From contig NC_068993.1 in assembly GCF_001194135.2 (NCBI RefSeq), forward strand, positions 5,598,225 to 5,662,224: a stretch of 64,000 nt of DNA. The letters are read 5' to 3'. A program made the translations under genes and the position numbers. This stretch comes from Octopus bimaculoides (Eukaryota). A model generated the notes under the pieces. The model made no database searches, was not told the DNA's origin, and worked only from the letters and a program-made list of their open reading frames with translations. Positions 1 to 12,132 of the stretch are shown piece after piece (the first letter of the stretch is position 1; every line of letters starts with the position of its first letter).

Positions 1-36
<36 letters not shown>

Positions 37-367
37 CACACATATATATATAAATATATATACATACACTAATACACATGTATATATAAGGCGTAAGGGA
101 CATATTTGTTTATTTGGTTAAATTGCTATTTGTGAAGGCGGTAAGCGGCCGACGGTGAAAAAAAAAAGAAAGGAGGGCATCACTCTGGCGTCGCCTGGTG
201 TAAAGTGTTGGGTGTATATATAGATATATATATATATATATAGGTATATATATATATTTATATATACATAGATATATACATTTATGTATTATATGTGGTG
301 TATATAAGTGGAACAGTCTTTCGCATATTTCCACTGGGTAGACATATCTTGCCATGATGTGATGGCC

Positions 368-405
368 ATGAATTTGAGAAATCTGTTCCAGGATTTTAAC
401 CCTAG
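368..405 (+). CDS. TMEM185: TMEM185 coding exon 1 (MNLRNLFQDFNP-S)
   Basis: Matches the TMEM185A/B N-terminus MNLRGLFQDFNPS; 38 nt ending at AG|GTAAGT (phase 2). An in-frame ATG at 362 could add MA. Confidence 0.93.
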
Positions 406-1399
406 GTAAGTAGAACTGCCGCCTAGGAAAGGCATACGTACACACACATACATATATACTCCCTTATATACATTTGTGTTGACTTATAGATTGCTCTGGA
501 AAAGCACTCATTTACACGTATACCTACCCCGTCCTACATATATATATTTATATATATATATACACACGCGACCTAACAACCTAGGAAAGGCATACGTACA
601 TACGTACACCCACGTATACATCCACATATATACACACACACCATATTTATGTATATATATATTTATATAGCCTAAAGGAATGTACACGTGTGTGTGTGTA
701 TACATACAGTCTAAAGAAAAGTACCCATGTACACCTCTATCTATGTATCTATCTATCTATTAATCTACCTATCTATCTCTATCTATTTATTTATTTATTT
801 ATCTGTCTGTCTATCTATCTGTATGTGTGTATATAGTCTAAGAAAGGTACACCTACACCCACATAGTGTCTATGAAAGGCACAATCACAGAGACACCCAC
901 ACACATACATAAATATACACGCGTTTAGCAAATATACCGAAACATCAACCTTTTAGAAACAGCAGCTAGATATCCTTTAAGTCACGCCATTCTCCTGCTT
1001 TTAAAGCTAAGAGGGAAGGACACTCTAGATATTGCTGTCTTAGGTATACTATGGTTGTTTTTTTTCTTCTTTTAGAAAAAAATTTGACCGATGGAACATC
1101 TGTAATCATTATAAAGGCTAATTCAGGAACTAACTCTATATCGTCGCCAACGATGGGGGTCTATGGACGTGCTAGAAATTGTAGTCAAAACTTTGTTCCA
1201 ATGACACCTTACTGTTATAGAAAAAGGAAGTACACGTTTGATAGTGTAATCTTAGGTAGGTTACGCTTGACTTTAGGACGAGATGGTCATAGCTGGAACG
1301 CTGAATTCGATAATGAGAGGTTAGAAGGTTAAACAATACCTTAAAGATATGGATAGTTTTTACATCTAGATTATATTTTAAACATTAACACTGATTAAG

Positions 1400-1685
1400 T
1401 TTAGTTTGAATGTACCACACATTGTCCCTGCATATGTGTATACGTATAAGTGTATGCATGTGTAATTATATATATATACATATAGGTGTATATATATATA
1501 TATGTATACATATAGGTGTATATATATATATACATGCATATAGGTATATATATACATGCATATAGGTATATATATACATGCATATAGGTATATATATACA
1601 TACATAAGGTATATATATATATATACTTACATACATATAGGTATATATATATACATACATATATGTATATACTTACATATAGGTT

Positions 1686-1720
<35 letters not shown>

Positions 1721-1730
1721 ATGTATACGT
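1400..1730. repeat. Compound TA-rich minisatellite (unit about atatatacatgcatataggt) plus (TA)n
   Basis: Directly visible tandem units. Confidence 0.85.
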
Positions 1731-2939
1731 ATAGTTTTATGTATGTGTGTATACGTATATGCATGTGTGTAAAAATTTATTGCATATGTGTGTGTGCATA
1801 TATGTGCGCGCGTGTGTATGTATATAATTGTTTTTTTTAACCCTTGTTCTGTTTGCTTCAGAAGAATCCTGAGTTCTTCAGATGCGTCTGGGACGCGAAT
1901 TTTTAATGTTTTACTGAGATTATAAACACATAACACCGTTTTCCATCATCAACTTTGTCTTTGATCTAGAACAACATTCATTGAACATGTATTTTTTCTT
2001 TTCCATTTCATCTTGGATTGCATGTATGAACTATATATATATATTTATATTCGTCTTCTTCCTTTAGATGTGATATGAAGATTGGCTGCTTTTTGTAGCA
2101 GGTCGAACAAAGCAGAGACGCCTTTGTTGTCACCTTACAGACATAAATATAAATATACACATACCTATATAAACACTCGCTTACACACATACATAATTAC
2201 TTTATATAGTTTGTGTACGAATCTAGTCTTGTTGCTAACACCAGTTAAGTCCCAACTTCACAATGTTTCGGATTATTTCCGTATAAATAAGTAAAAATCA
2301 AATAAGAATGACAAATTCGAAATTCCGGTTAAACGTGGGAACCTATATGCATGTGGTCGTCTAACCTGCTAAAAATAGCAACTAAATCCCCTTCCCCATT
2401 CCGCTCAGATAACACCAAACAGATTTTTGAGACATGATATTTTGTCTTTTGACCTTACATAATCGTTTATTTCTTCCTCTGCAATGGTATGGTAGTGTTG
2501 TTTGTGTCTGTGTGATTGGAATAGGTTAACACCTATTGGTGACCAATGATTTTGACGGCATAACTACAGGTTGGTGACCCTCTCTGGCTGTGTTTCCGCT
2601 TAACTTTATTAAAAAAAAAAAAGATTCTTTTAATGAAATTTTGAGGGGATACATTTTCGAGACTGTAGATTATGTAATGTTAAGGTTTCAAACACCTAAA
2701 TCTTTAAAAAAAATGTAGTGAAAACTGTTGATAGTTACAAACTCAAAGAAGATGAAGAGTAATGAATAATTCTTTAAAAAAAAATAGTTTTCTGAATTTT
2801 ATCAATATAATGGTAATCTGTTCCCTCGAAAACGTATCTCTGCAAAATTTCATCAAAAAACCCTGTATTCTCCCGCAAGTTATGAAGAAACATTAGTGTT
2901 GCCTCAATCTATAGTTATCTGATCCGCTACCGACGCAGC

Positions 2940-3070
2940 GTCTACGTGGTCGCCAGACCTGCTAGAAACAACAACACTGTCTTCCTGAAATCCCACCCTA
3001 GTGTTTTAAACAAGGGAAAACTATATACGGACGTGATGGAAGTGGCTGGAATATCTGTCGGTCATAGATT
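2940..3070 (+). repeat. Dispersed repeat family E (tggtcgccagacctgctagaaa..agcaaccaaatc.ccc)
   Basis: Related pieces at about 2345-2420, 34040-34210(-), 40890-41000, 50265-50450(mixed), 57950-58140 and 61610-61770(-). Confidence 0.6.
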
Positions 3071-3310
3071 TGTTAAATGAGGACTAACAAGCCATTTGAT
3101 GTCTTCATAAAAGAGACACCTACGTGGAACCGCCAGTTCACTATACACACGAATTATATTCTCTCTCATCAACAAGTGCGTGTTGGAACAACTTTAATGT
3201 TTATACATACGTACACTTTTTCATTACCTTTTAGGGAATTTATATATTTCCCAAAATTAATGTCTCATCAAATTTTAAAATATATTCTTTGAGGAGAAAA
3301 GATAAAAATA

Positions 3311-3425
3311 AGGTCAGCGTTATTTAGTTACGGCCCTTTACGTTACGAGTTCAAATCCTGTGGAGGTGAACTTTGCCTTTCATTCTTCCGGGATCAATTA
3401 AAATAACGTGCTACTCGAGCACTAA
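3311..3425 (+). mobile_element. SINE family A fragment
   Basis: gagttcaaatcc...ctttgcctttcattcttccggg. Confidence 0.65.
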
Positions 3426-4209
3426 GAACATAACAGTTTTATATTTCTACATGTGAAAAGAATTATACAATAGGAGTTATTTCAAAATGGAAAAAAAGAA
3501 ATGTGGTGCGAGATTACAGATGTGGGAGTCTAGCTGATTTGAATCCAAACAAAGCGATTGTCCGTCTGCTAAATGTGTGTGTTGTTACTTTCCGTCTGTT
3601 GTTAAGCTCTGAATAAACAAACCCACTTGTGAAGTTGACAGCACTTGTGTGTTGTTAGCCAGGTTTATTTCTGGGGTGAGTGTGTCTGCGCACAATCACA
3701 CTACCATGTTGTGTCTGCCTTACGAGTATTGCTCGACTTATTTCTTCCTCACCTTTCTCCCCATTGCTGTGTGTGTCTCTCTATTTGATATCTATCATCT
3801 CTCTCTCTCTATATATATATATTATATAGACATTAGCCCCTCCTCTCATATATATATATATATATATATATGAGAGGAGGGGCTAATGTCTGGTTGTACA
3901 CATGCATACANNNNNNNNNNGCATACATAGTCACATCACGAACATACTGAGCTAAACCATTTTTTTTTTTTTTTTGGTATATATGGTTGCGCATTTCCGT
4001 TTATGTTTAAACAGGAAGAGAGAGATAGTGAATGGCGAGTCTCTTTTTAGTTACCACCACATTTTTCTGTCCCTTTGAATACGATTCCATGTCCGTAAGT
4101 CTATACACAAGAACACTTCAGTTTTCAGTGTTTATATGAGGACTTCTGGTACCCAGGTCCACATACAGAGGTCTGTCTTTCTTTCTTTCTCTCTGAGTGT
4201 GTGTACATT

Positions 4210-4548
4210 CTTTTATTTGCTTGTCATTTGACTGCGGCCATACTGGAGCACCCCCTTTAATCGAACAAATCGGCCCCAAGACTTGTTCTTTATAAGTCTG
4301 GGACTTATTCTGTCGGTCGCTTTTGCCGAACCGCTAAGTTACGGAGACGTAAACACACCAGCATCAATTGTCAGGTGATGGTGAGACAAACACGACGGGC
4401 TTCTTTCAGTTTCCGTCTACCAAATCCACTCACAAGGTTTTGGTCGACCTGAGTTTATAGTAGATACTTGTCCAAGGTGTGCCACTCAGTGGGACTGAAC
4501 CCAGAACCATTGTGGTTGGGAAGCAAGCTACTTCCCACACAGCCACTC
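4210..4548 (-). mobile_element. SINE family B full-length copy in TMEM185 intron 1
   Basis: Reverse complement of the 54508-54875 element. Confidence 0.9.
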
Positions 4549-5385
4549 CAGTCTGATTTGGCATGGTTTCTATGGCTGGTTGCCCTTTCTAATGCCAACC
4601 ATTCCGAGAGTGTAATGGGTGCTTTTACGTGCCATCAGCATGGGTGCCATTTGCATGACATCAGCATCTGCCACAACTGCGATTTTACTTGGCTTCAGGG
4701 GTCTTCCTCTTAAACGTGGCATAATGTCAAAGGTCATGGTCATTTGTCATTGCGTCATCTATGTAGACATGCTATTACACTGCATCTCTGTATATAAACA
4801 CGTAGAGTTATTTTATGTGTACAGACACATGCAAACTTCCCCTACATCTCTTCAGACACACATTGTTATATAGCTGTATGTACAAGCACAGTTTCATATC
4901 TTTGTATGGAGAGACACTACTGCTCTGTCTCTATATGGACATTATGTGTACACAATCTTTCTGTCAGTCTATGTATATAGAAAAATTGCTTTTCAGCCTT
5001 CCAGTTGTAGAAAATCCACCTCAACAAATTCTGTCTGACTCATGCAAGCATGAGAAAGTGGACGTTAAATGAAGTTGTTGATGGTTCAGTCTGTAGCGTA
5101 TTAATTATACCCACATCATGAATCTTTCCCTGAACTTGCTTCCTGCTAAAAGAGAAACCACTAGAATACTCACACGCACACAGTTTCACTTTTAGTTTCT
5201 TCACATGAAACCGGATCTTTCTAGATTGTCTTTAACATAATATATCTTTAGATTTTAGAATAGTCAAATGGACTTCTCACTCGAGTGGTACTTATAGCTT
5301 AATGAGTCTCACTTTACTGCTGCACCTCTGTCTGTCTGTTAGTCTTTCTCACTCTGTTCTCTCTTTCTCTTTCACATTCGGTTAG

Positions 5386-5453
<68 letters not shown>

Positions 5454-5800
5454 AATCAGTGTCCTTGTCCCAGTGTGAGAGGTTATTGTCTCAGTTGTTG
5501 TGAAGGACATTGACATCCTAGCAACATGAAGTAAACACTTCCAACTGGAATTTGAAACTATGTCATAAAATCTACTATATAAGGATTATTTGGATGATGA
5601 TGATGATCATAATGGTAATTTCTAGCTAGGCACATGGCCACAAATTAAGTGCTGAGGGAACAATTGATTATATTGACCCCCACTACTAGACAGGTATTTT
5701 CTTTTTATAGACTCCTGAAGGAAGAAAGACTCAATTAACCATAACAGGATTTGAACTCAGAATGTAAAGAGTTAGAACAAATATTACAAGGCTTTGTTTT

Positions 5801-5830
<30 letters not shown>

Positions 5831-5832
<2 letters not shown>

Positions 5833-6140
5833 CCTTTCTACTATAGGTACAAGGCCTGAAATTTGGGGGAAGGGGATAGTCGATTACATCGACCCCAGTA
5901 CTCAACTGGTATTTATTCCAAAGTCTACCTTCAACTCAGAATACTACTAAGTATAATAGTTTCATGTTTTTGGCACAAGGCCAGTAGGTTTGGGGAGAGG
6001 AGGGAAGTTGGTTACATCAACCTCCGGTACTCAACTGGTACTTTATTGACTCCAGAAAGGATGAAAGGCAAAGTTGTGAAATCTGAACTCTGGACGTAAA
6101 GACAGATGTTATGCCATTAAGGATTTTTGCCCAGTCAACA
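5831..6140 (-). mobile_element. Two adjacent SINE family A copies (3' half plus longer copy)
   Basis: Reverse complement of core and tail (cctttctactataggtacaaggcctgaaattt; gaaaggatgaaaggcaaag), adjoining a (TAA)n run. Confidence 0.85.
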
Positions 6141-6834
6141 TCATCTGCATTCTTGGTTCTTTTGCCCCCCCCCCCCACCATTCATTTCTACTCAGCATGT
6201 ACCTTGAAGATCCATAGAGACCCCCTCATCACCACTGCTGTATTTGCTTCCTTCCCTTGTAAAATGTGAACAGCCATGTAACCCCTCTACAGCAAGAGCC
6301 CTGTTCTGTTCTGATTTCTTCTCTCATATTTTAAACTCTCACCTCTGAGCATAAAAGTTATCTCTCTTGGGTTCCATGGTCTTACATGCTACATAGCAAC
6401 CACAATGGTGTTAGCAGCACAAAAAACTCCAAAAAACTCACCCAATATGCTCTGTGAACTTGTTGGTATTAGGAAGGGTGTCCAGGTGTAGAGGCCATAC
6501 CAAAGCAGACATTGAAGCATGATGGAGTTCTTGGATTTGTTGGATTCTGTTAAACCATTCCAGCATGGAATATAGACTTTAAATGGTGATGATGATGCCT
6601 TGTGTCTGGTTAAATTAGTTGTCTGTCTTAAACATTAATAATTATTTTAATTATTCTATGTTAATGAAGTTGTGTTTTTGACCTGTGTAAGCATTTTACA
6701 AATATGCAATTTATGTTTGTGCTGACAGCTATGGTGGCAGTTTGGTGACCTGAAATAGCAATAGTCTTAATTGGCTTTTCTCATTTAGTTCAGTGCTAAT
6801 TGAAATGACAGAAAACCATTAAGTTTCATAGTTC

Positions 6835-7190
6835 AGAAGTTTGCTTCCCAACCACGTAGCTTTTAGGTCCCGCTGTGTGGCACCTTGGGCAAGTGTCTTC
6901 TATAACTCCAGGCTGGCTAAAGCCTTGTAAGTGGATTTGGTAGATTTGGTAGATGGAAACTGAAAGAAGCCTGCCTATCCTCCTCCTCCTCCATGCTGGC
7001 ATAGGTTGGACGGTTTGACAGAGTAGAATAGTAATCAAAGAGGGTCCATAGATTTTTTTAAATGGTTGAAAACTACTGGTCTACAACAATCATCTGAAGT
7101 CAAAGGAAGGAGACACACACTCACACACATGTGTGATGGGCTTCTTTTAGTTTCTGTCTACCAAAGACTAGGCTTTGGGTGGCCTGGGGC
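6835..7190. mobile_element. SINE family B 5' half (+, 6835-6978) and inverted fragment (-, about 7135-7190)
   Basis: ggtagatggaaactgaaagaagcc versus gggcttcttttagtttctgtctacc. Confidence 0.75.
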
Positions 7191-8012
7191 TAATGATAAT
7201 AGCATAATAGTGAACCACTTGATTGTAAAGTGTTTGTGAGAGAAGGGTTTTCCTGGATAGCATCACATGGCAAAGGATTCTGAAGAGCAAGCTTTGTTTT
7301 CACTGTGCTACCTTGGGTACATAAAGATTGCAGAGGCATTCTGAAATGGTATTTAAAGAATTGGGTCAAGGTGATTGCCAGTGATTTGTTTGTTAGAGTT
7401 GTAATGTTTGTGTTTTGACAGCATTTGTCATCCAGAGACAGATGTCTGTGCATTGGCTGCATCTGTCATTTAATTGTTGAGTATCACGGATGTTGTGTAT
7501 CTTTTCCATCTTTGTTTAAGAAGGGTATGTAGGTTTAGTGGGAGAACTTGAGGTTGCATGCTGATGGTGTCTGGGGTGAGTTTAGGATGATACCATTGCT
7601 GTTACATAGTATACATAGTCAGTGGTAAAAGTGGTTATGGCATTAATAGCATGATTAAAAATGTAAAAAGGGTTGATGAAAGATTGTTTTGCTTAATGCT
7701 GTTGGCAGATTGGCGACAGTAGAAGTGGAGGAGATGAGATTTTTGGATAAAATAATCAGGTAAGAATTTTAGGATAACACTGAACAGGGTCATTTGTTTC
7801 ACCTGTGGTAGTATGATGACCTGGACGAGATACCAAACTGAATCCAATGGTGAGGCTCCAGTTTGGGAATTCAGGAGCTTTGTGGGGTGGGTTTGGGAGT
7901 AACGAATTCCTGTTAGTCACCACTACTCACAGGTCCACTCTAGCTTGGGGTGGTAACACTTGTTTAGGGACCCCAGTTATGAGTCAAACGGTAGATGATC
8001 CTTTGGCTAAGG

Positions 8013-8320
8013 TGCACAGGCACATGGCTTAGTAATTAGGGGTATGCAGCTCATGGTCGTAAGATCACGAGTTCAATTCCTGGTGGTGTGTTGTGTCCTT
8101 GACCAAGGCACTTCATTTCACGTTGCTCCAGTCCACTCAGCTGGCGAAAATGAGTTGTACCTTTAATTCAAAGAGTCTACCTTGTCACATCCTGTGTCAG
8201 TCTGAATCTCCCTATGGACTATGTTAAGGGTACATGTATCTGTGGAGAGCTCAACCACTTACTGCTGATTTGTTCTGTTGATTGGATCAACTGGAACCCT
8301 CGTAGTTGTAACTGATGGAT
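8013..8320 (+). mobile_element. tRNA-derived SINE family C (CORE-like box gtgtccttga.caaggcacttcatttcacgttgctccagtccactcagctg)
   Basis: A-box tggcttagtaattagg, B-box gagttcaattcc; related copies at 9525-9708(-), 28965-29130(+), 32235-32360(-) and 45349-45420(-). Confidence 0.8.
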
Positions 8321-8604
8321 TGCCAGTGTACAGGGCTCAGAGAAAGGTTGGCCTGTAAAACAGGTGACACACAGGCCTTGATGTCACATGAATTGGTCGT
8401 CTTGCCCGATGGTTAAACAGGTTCTGTGCTTCATGGGCAAGCATGGGAGAGCATGAGACTTGCAGAATAAACTGAATAAGTAGCAGAAATGTAAGAAGAA
8501 GCCATTGTTATGTCTTCTCCCCTCTGCCATATTTGGATTTTTGTATGGGAGAGAGACAGGAAAGAGGAGGAGAGAGAGAGTTGTATGGGGAAAACAAAAG
8601 TTAA

Positions 8605-8880
<276 letters not shown>

Positions 8881-9524
8881 TGAGTGCAGAGGCCAGGAAC
8901 TTACCCACCCTTTTGTTTTTTTATGAAACTCTGTTTATCCTCTGTGTTTGTTTATTTGTCTCTCTCATCATCTCTCTCTCTCTCTCTCTGTCTTCACCTC
9001 TCTCTCTCTCTTCATTTTGCTCGGCTGAAGAAAAACAAGTTCTACTTAATGGTATAGTTGCAGTTAATAGCAGGAAGGGTAGCATTTATAAAAACTGTTG
9101 TTGCAACAAATAATGGAAGAGGTTACCCTGGAGTTAAGACACAAGAGGGTTAGAATATGAGGGCAAGGAACAAGTTTATAGAATGGACCTGAGCTTGAGT
9201 GACACTTTCATGAATTTTACTGTATTTTCTGGCATACAAGTCATCATAGTATACAGAGTAGACATTGGAACATCATCATCATTATCTTTCCAAATCCTGC
9301 TGCTGCATTTTGTGTGGAAATTTTGTTTCTCCAAAGTTGTCTTGCTGTATAAGTTGCTCTGTCTTTTTTGGCTATAAATTTTGGTCTGAACAATTCAGTT
9401 TGGATGCCAGAAAATCATGTGATCACATAATTGACCAGACTATTGGATGTTGTTATATACATCGCTGGTCACAATGCACTTACCTTTCGAATGATGCCAC
9501 CCTACTGGCTAGGTGAGTAAGCCA

Positions 9525-9708
9525 ATTTAACCCCTGATCAGGAGGCTAATCTGTTGCAGGGTGTACCTATTTACAGCTGAGTGGACTGGAGTATCATGAA
9601 ATGAAGAGCTTTGCTCAAGAACACAACGTGCTGCTTAGTCTGGGGATTGAACCTACGATCTAGTTACCATGAATGCATCATCCTAACTGCTAGGCCATGT
9701 ACCTTCAC
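9525..9708 (-). mobile_element. SINE family C copy, inverted relative to 8013-8320
   Basis: cagctgagtggactggagt.tcatgaaatgaag is the reverse complement of the 8013 core. Confidence 0.8.
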
Positions 9709-9806
9709 ATGCTGGAAAATACGGTAAAAAGAATAAGAACTTGTTTTGATTTGCAGAAATGTCACCATCTGAGTGAGTTTTAACCGTTTTCTTTGTTTCA
9801 TTGTAG

Positions 9807-10014
9807 AGTTGAAGGTGATGGCTATGTCCAGTATAAAGCTATGGTCATCTGCACAGGGATGCATTTACTTCTGCTAATGTTTGAGATTCTTGCTTGTGAC
9901 AACTTGGAAAACAAAACACACTCGTGGATCCTAGTTTTTATTCCTCTCATATTCATGTCAGTTGTCTCTATCGGCATTTGTATATGGGCTGTGAAGAATG
10001 AAAGGTCATTTGAG
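9807..10014 (+). CDS. TMEM185: TMEM185 coding exon 3 (VEGDGYVQYKAM...LLMFEILACD...WAVKNERSFE)
   Basis: tttcattgtag acceptor, GTAAGT donor, 208 nt, phase 2 to phase 0; similar to human EFKAM..HLLLLMFEVLVCD..DRSLE. Confidence 0.96.
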
Positions 10015-11654
10015 GTAAGTGAACCATAACCACAAATGTTTTTTATATTATTTTTACATTGATGTAGTAATAATAGTAATAATGCAGTCACTCTTTTTTT
10101 TTTTTTTTTTAAACCTTTTCATTATCTTACTTCAACTATGCATTTCAATTGATTTCAAAAATAATCAAGAATTTGTGTGGATTTGATATGATAATTAACT
10201 TTTTTATTATTAAGATGGTGTTTTTTCTTCCAGCTGTTTGCATTCTCAGTTTAAATGCTGCTATGGTCAATTTTGCCTTTCATCTTTTTGGGAGGTTGAT
10301 AAAATACGTACCAGTGAAGCACTGGGGTCAATTGTAATCCACCTCCTCCTCCCCTCCTCCTCTTCACTTAGAGATCAGTTGGGCTTCTGATACGGTACTT
10401 TTGGATTCTAGCTTGAATTTCAGCCCCTCAAAAGTAGTATCCATGTAATAGTCAACCCCATAAATTTGACCTTAAAAAATTTGACTTTTACACGAATATA
10501 TAAGGTAAACTTTAAAAATTATTTTTTTGTCAGGTGGTGAGCTTGCAGAATCTTTACCACTGTGAAAAAATGCTTAATGGCATTTTTCCTGACTATTGGT
10601 AAAGCTTCATTGAAACAGAAACTATTAATTGGTTGCTTTGTGAACAGAATTATAAAAGAAAAATATTACCTTTATTCTGAAAAAGCATTGAAGATAATTT
10701 TTTTGGAAAGGGCTGTTGCATTTTTGCTATCAGTCGGTGTCAAGAAGGTTATCAGTTGGTGCCATGGGTTATCAGTTATCACCCTTCCCTACCCACTCAC
10801 TTGTCAATACCTGTGTGGACAAGGGTGAGAGAAAAAATCATGTTCAACCTTGCAGAACCAAACAATATCTTTATTTTTTTTTGCAGATTTTCATTTCTTT
10901 ATTATTTTTATAACACTAAATGCATGTGACTACGGGCCAGTTGGCTATTATTTTCTCTTCTTTTTCTCTCTCCCTCCCCCCAACATCACTTGCATATCTT
11001 TAATTAGTTATTTAATTCTTAATATCATCAAATATATTAACACTAACTTCTTAATGTCTCTTACTGCAATACCATCTTCAAATTATTTATTCTCTCTTTA
11101 ATTTAGTTACAATTTTTATACGAATAATTATGGTAGAAAAAAAAAGTCTTTATTTTTATTTATATTACTCTAATATTTGTTTTTGTCAAAAATGCATTAT
11201 CAAACATTTCTTTTTATATTATATTTAAACATTTATTTTATATTCTAATAAATATATTCTTCATAGTTTTTTGTTTTTAGAATTTTTCACTTTTAGTAAT
11301 TCTACTTTTTTATTTTAAAGCTTTAAAAATATTTTGTTTATTCTTTGCTTTTGTTTTTTTTACCCATATATTTTTTAATTTCATTTTTGTATTCACAGTT
11401 TTTATATTCTCATTATTTTGTCTCCAAACTTGTAAGTTTTTGTTATTAGTTTTATTTTTGTTTTGTTAAACCACATCATCTGCTTCTTATATATATATAT
11501 ATGCACAAAACGCACACATACAAGATGCAGCAAAAAACTTCCCTTATTTTACCTGCCCTTTGGTGTGGCACTAGTGAAGTTAGGTTGGTAATAATGGTGT
11601 TGTCATATAGCTAACGCTTTACCATTTTCTTTTGACAGCACTCTGTGTGTATCG

Positions 11655-11764
<110 letters not shown>

Positions 11765-12098
11765 AAAACACACCTGTCTTTGTCTTTTGTAAATTTCAAC
11801 TTTATATATATATATACTGCTATATTGCGCACATCATCTACAAATATACATCTGTTTGTTGTTAATAAGACTTGCCAAATATCTACATGCTTTTAATCCA
11901 GACCCTGACGTTTATAAAATTGTCGCTGTGCCATAGATATTAATTATACTTTGTTGTTAGAGTATTGACACACCTTAATAAACTTTGCAGTTGATTTTTG
12001 TCATATATTTAAGGTGGAGTATATGTACACCTAGATAGGAATAAAATTTTTACAGTCTATGCAAATTCCTTTGCTTTCATTGTTTGTACAGCTTATGC

Positions 12099-12132
<34 letters not shown>

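Noticed and set aside
121-340. Possible non-coding TMEM185 exon ending GCG|GTAAGC at 140
   Set aside because: The acceptor near 340 is weak and cannot be supported without transcripts.
110-1936. YI/CV/HT-repeat ORFs here and at 11611-11896, 41267-41488, 54195-54550 and 56067-56530
   Set aside because: Translations of (TA)n, (CA)n and (GT)n microsatellites.
7190-7860. Unique-looking block with short - strand ORFs, possibly a decayed retroelement
   Set aside because: Multiple stops and no RT or endonuclease motif I can identify with confidence.
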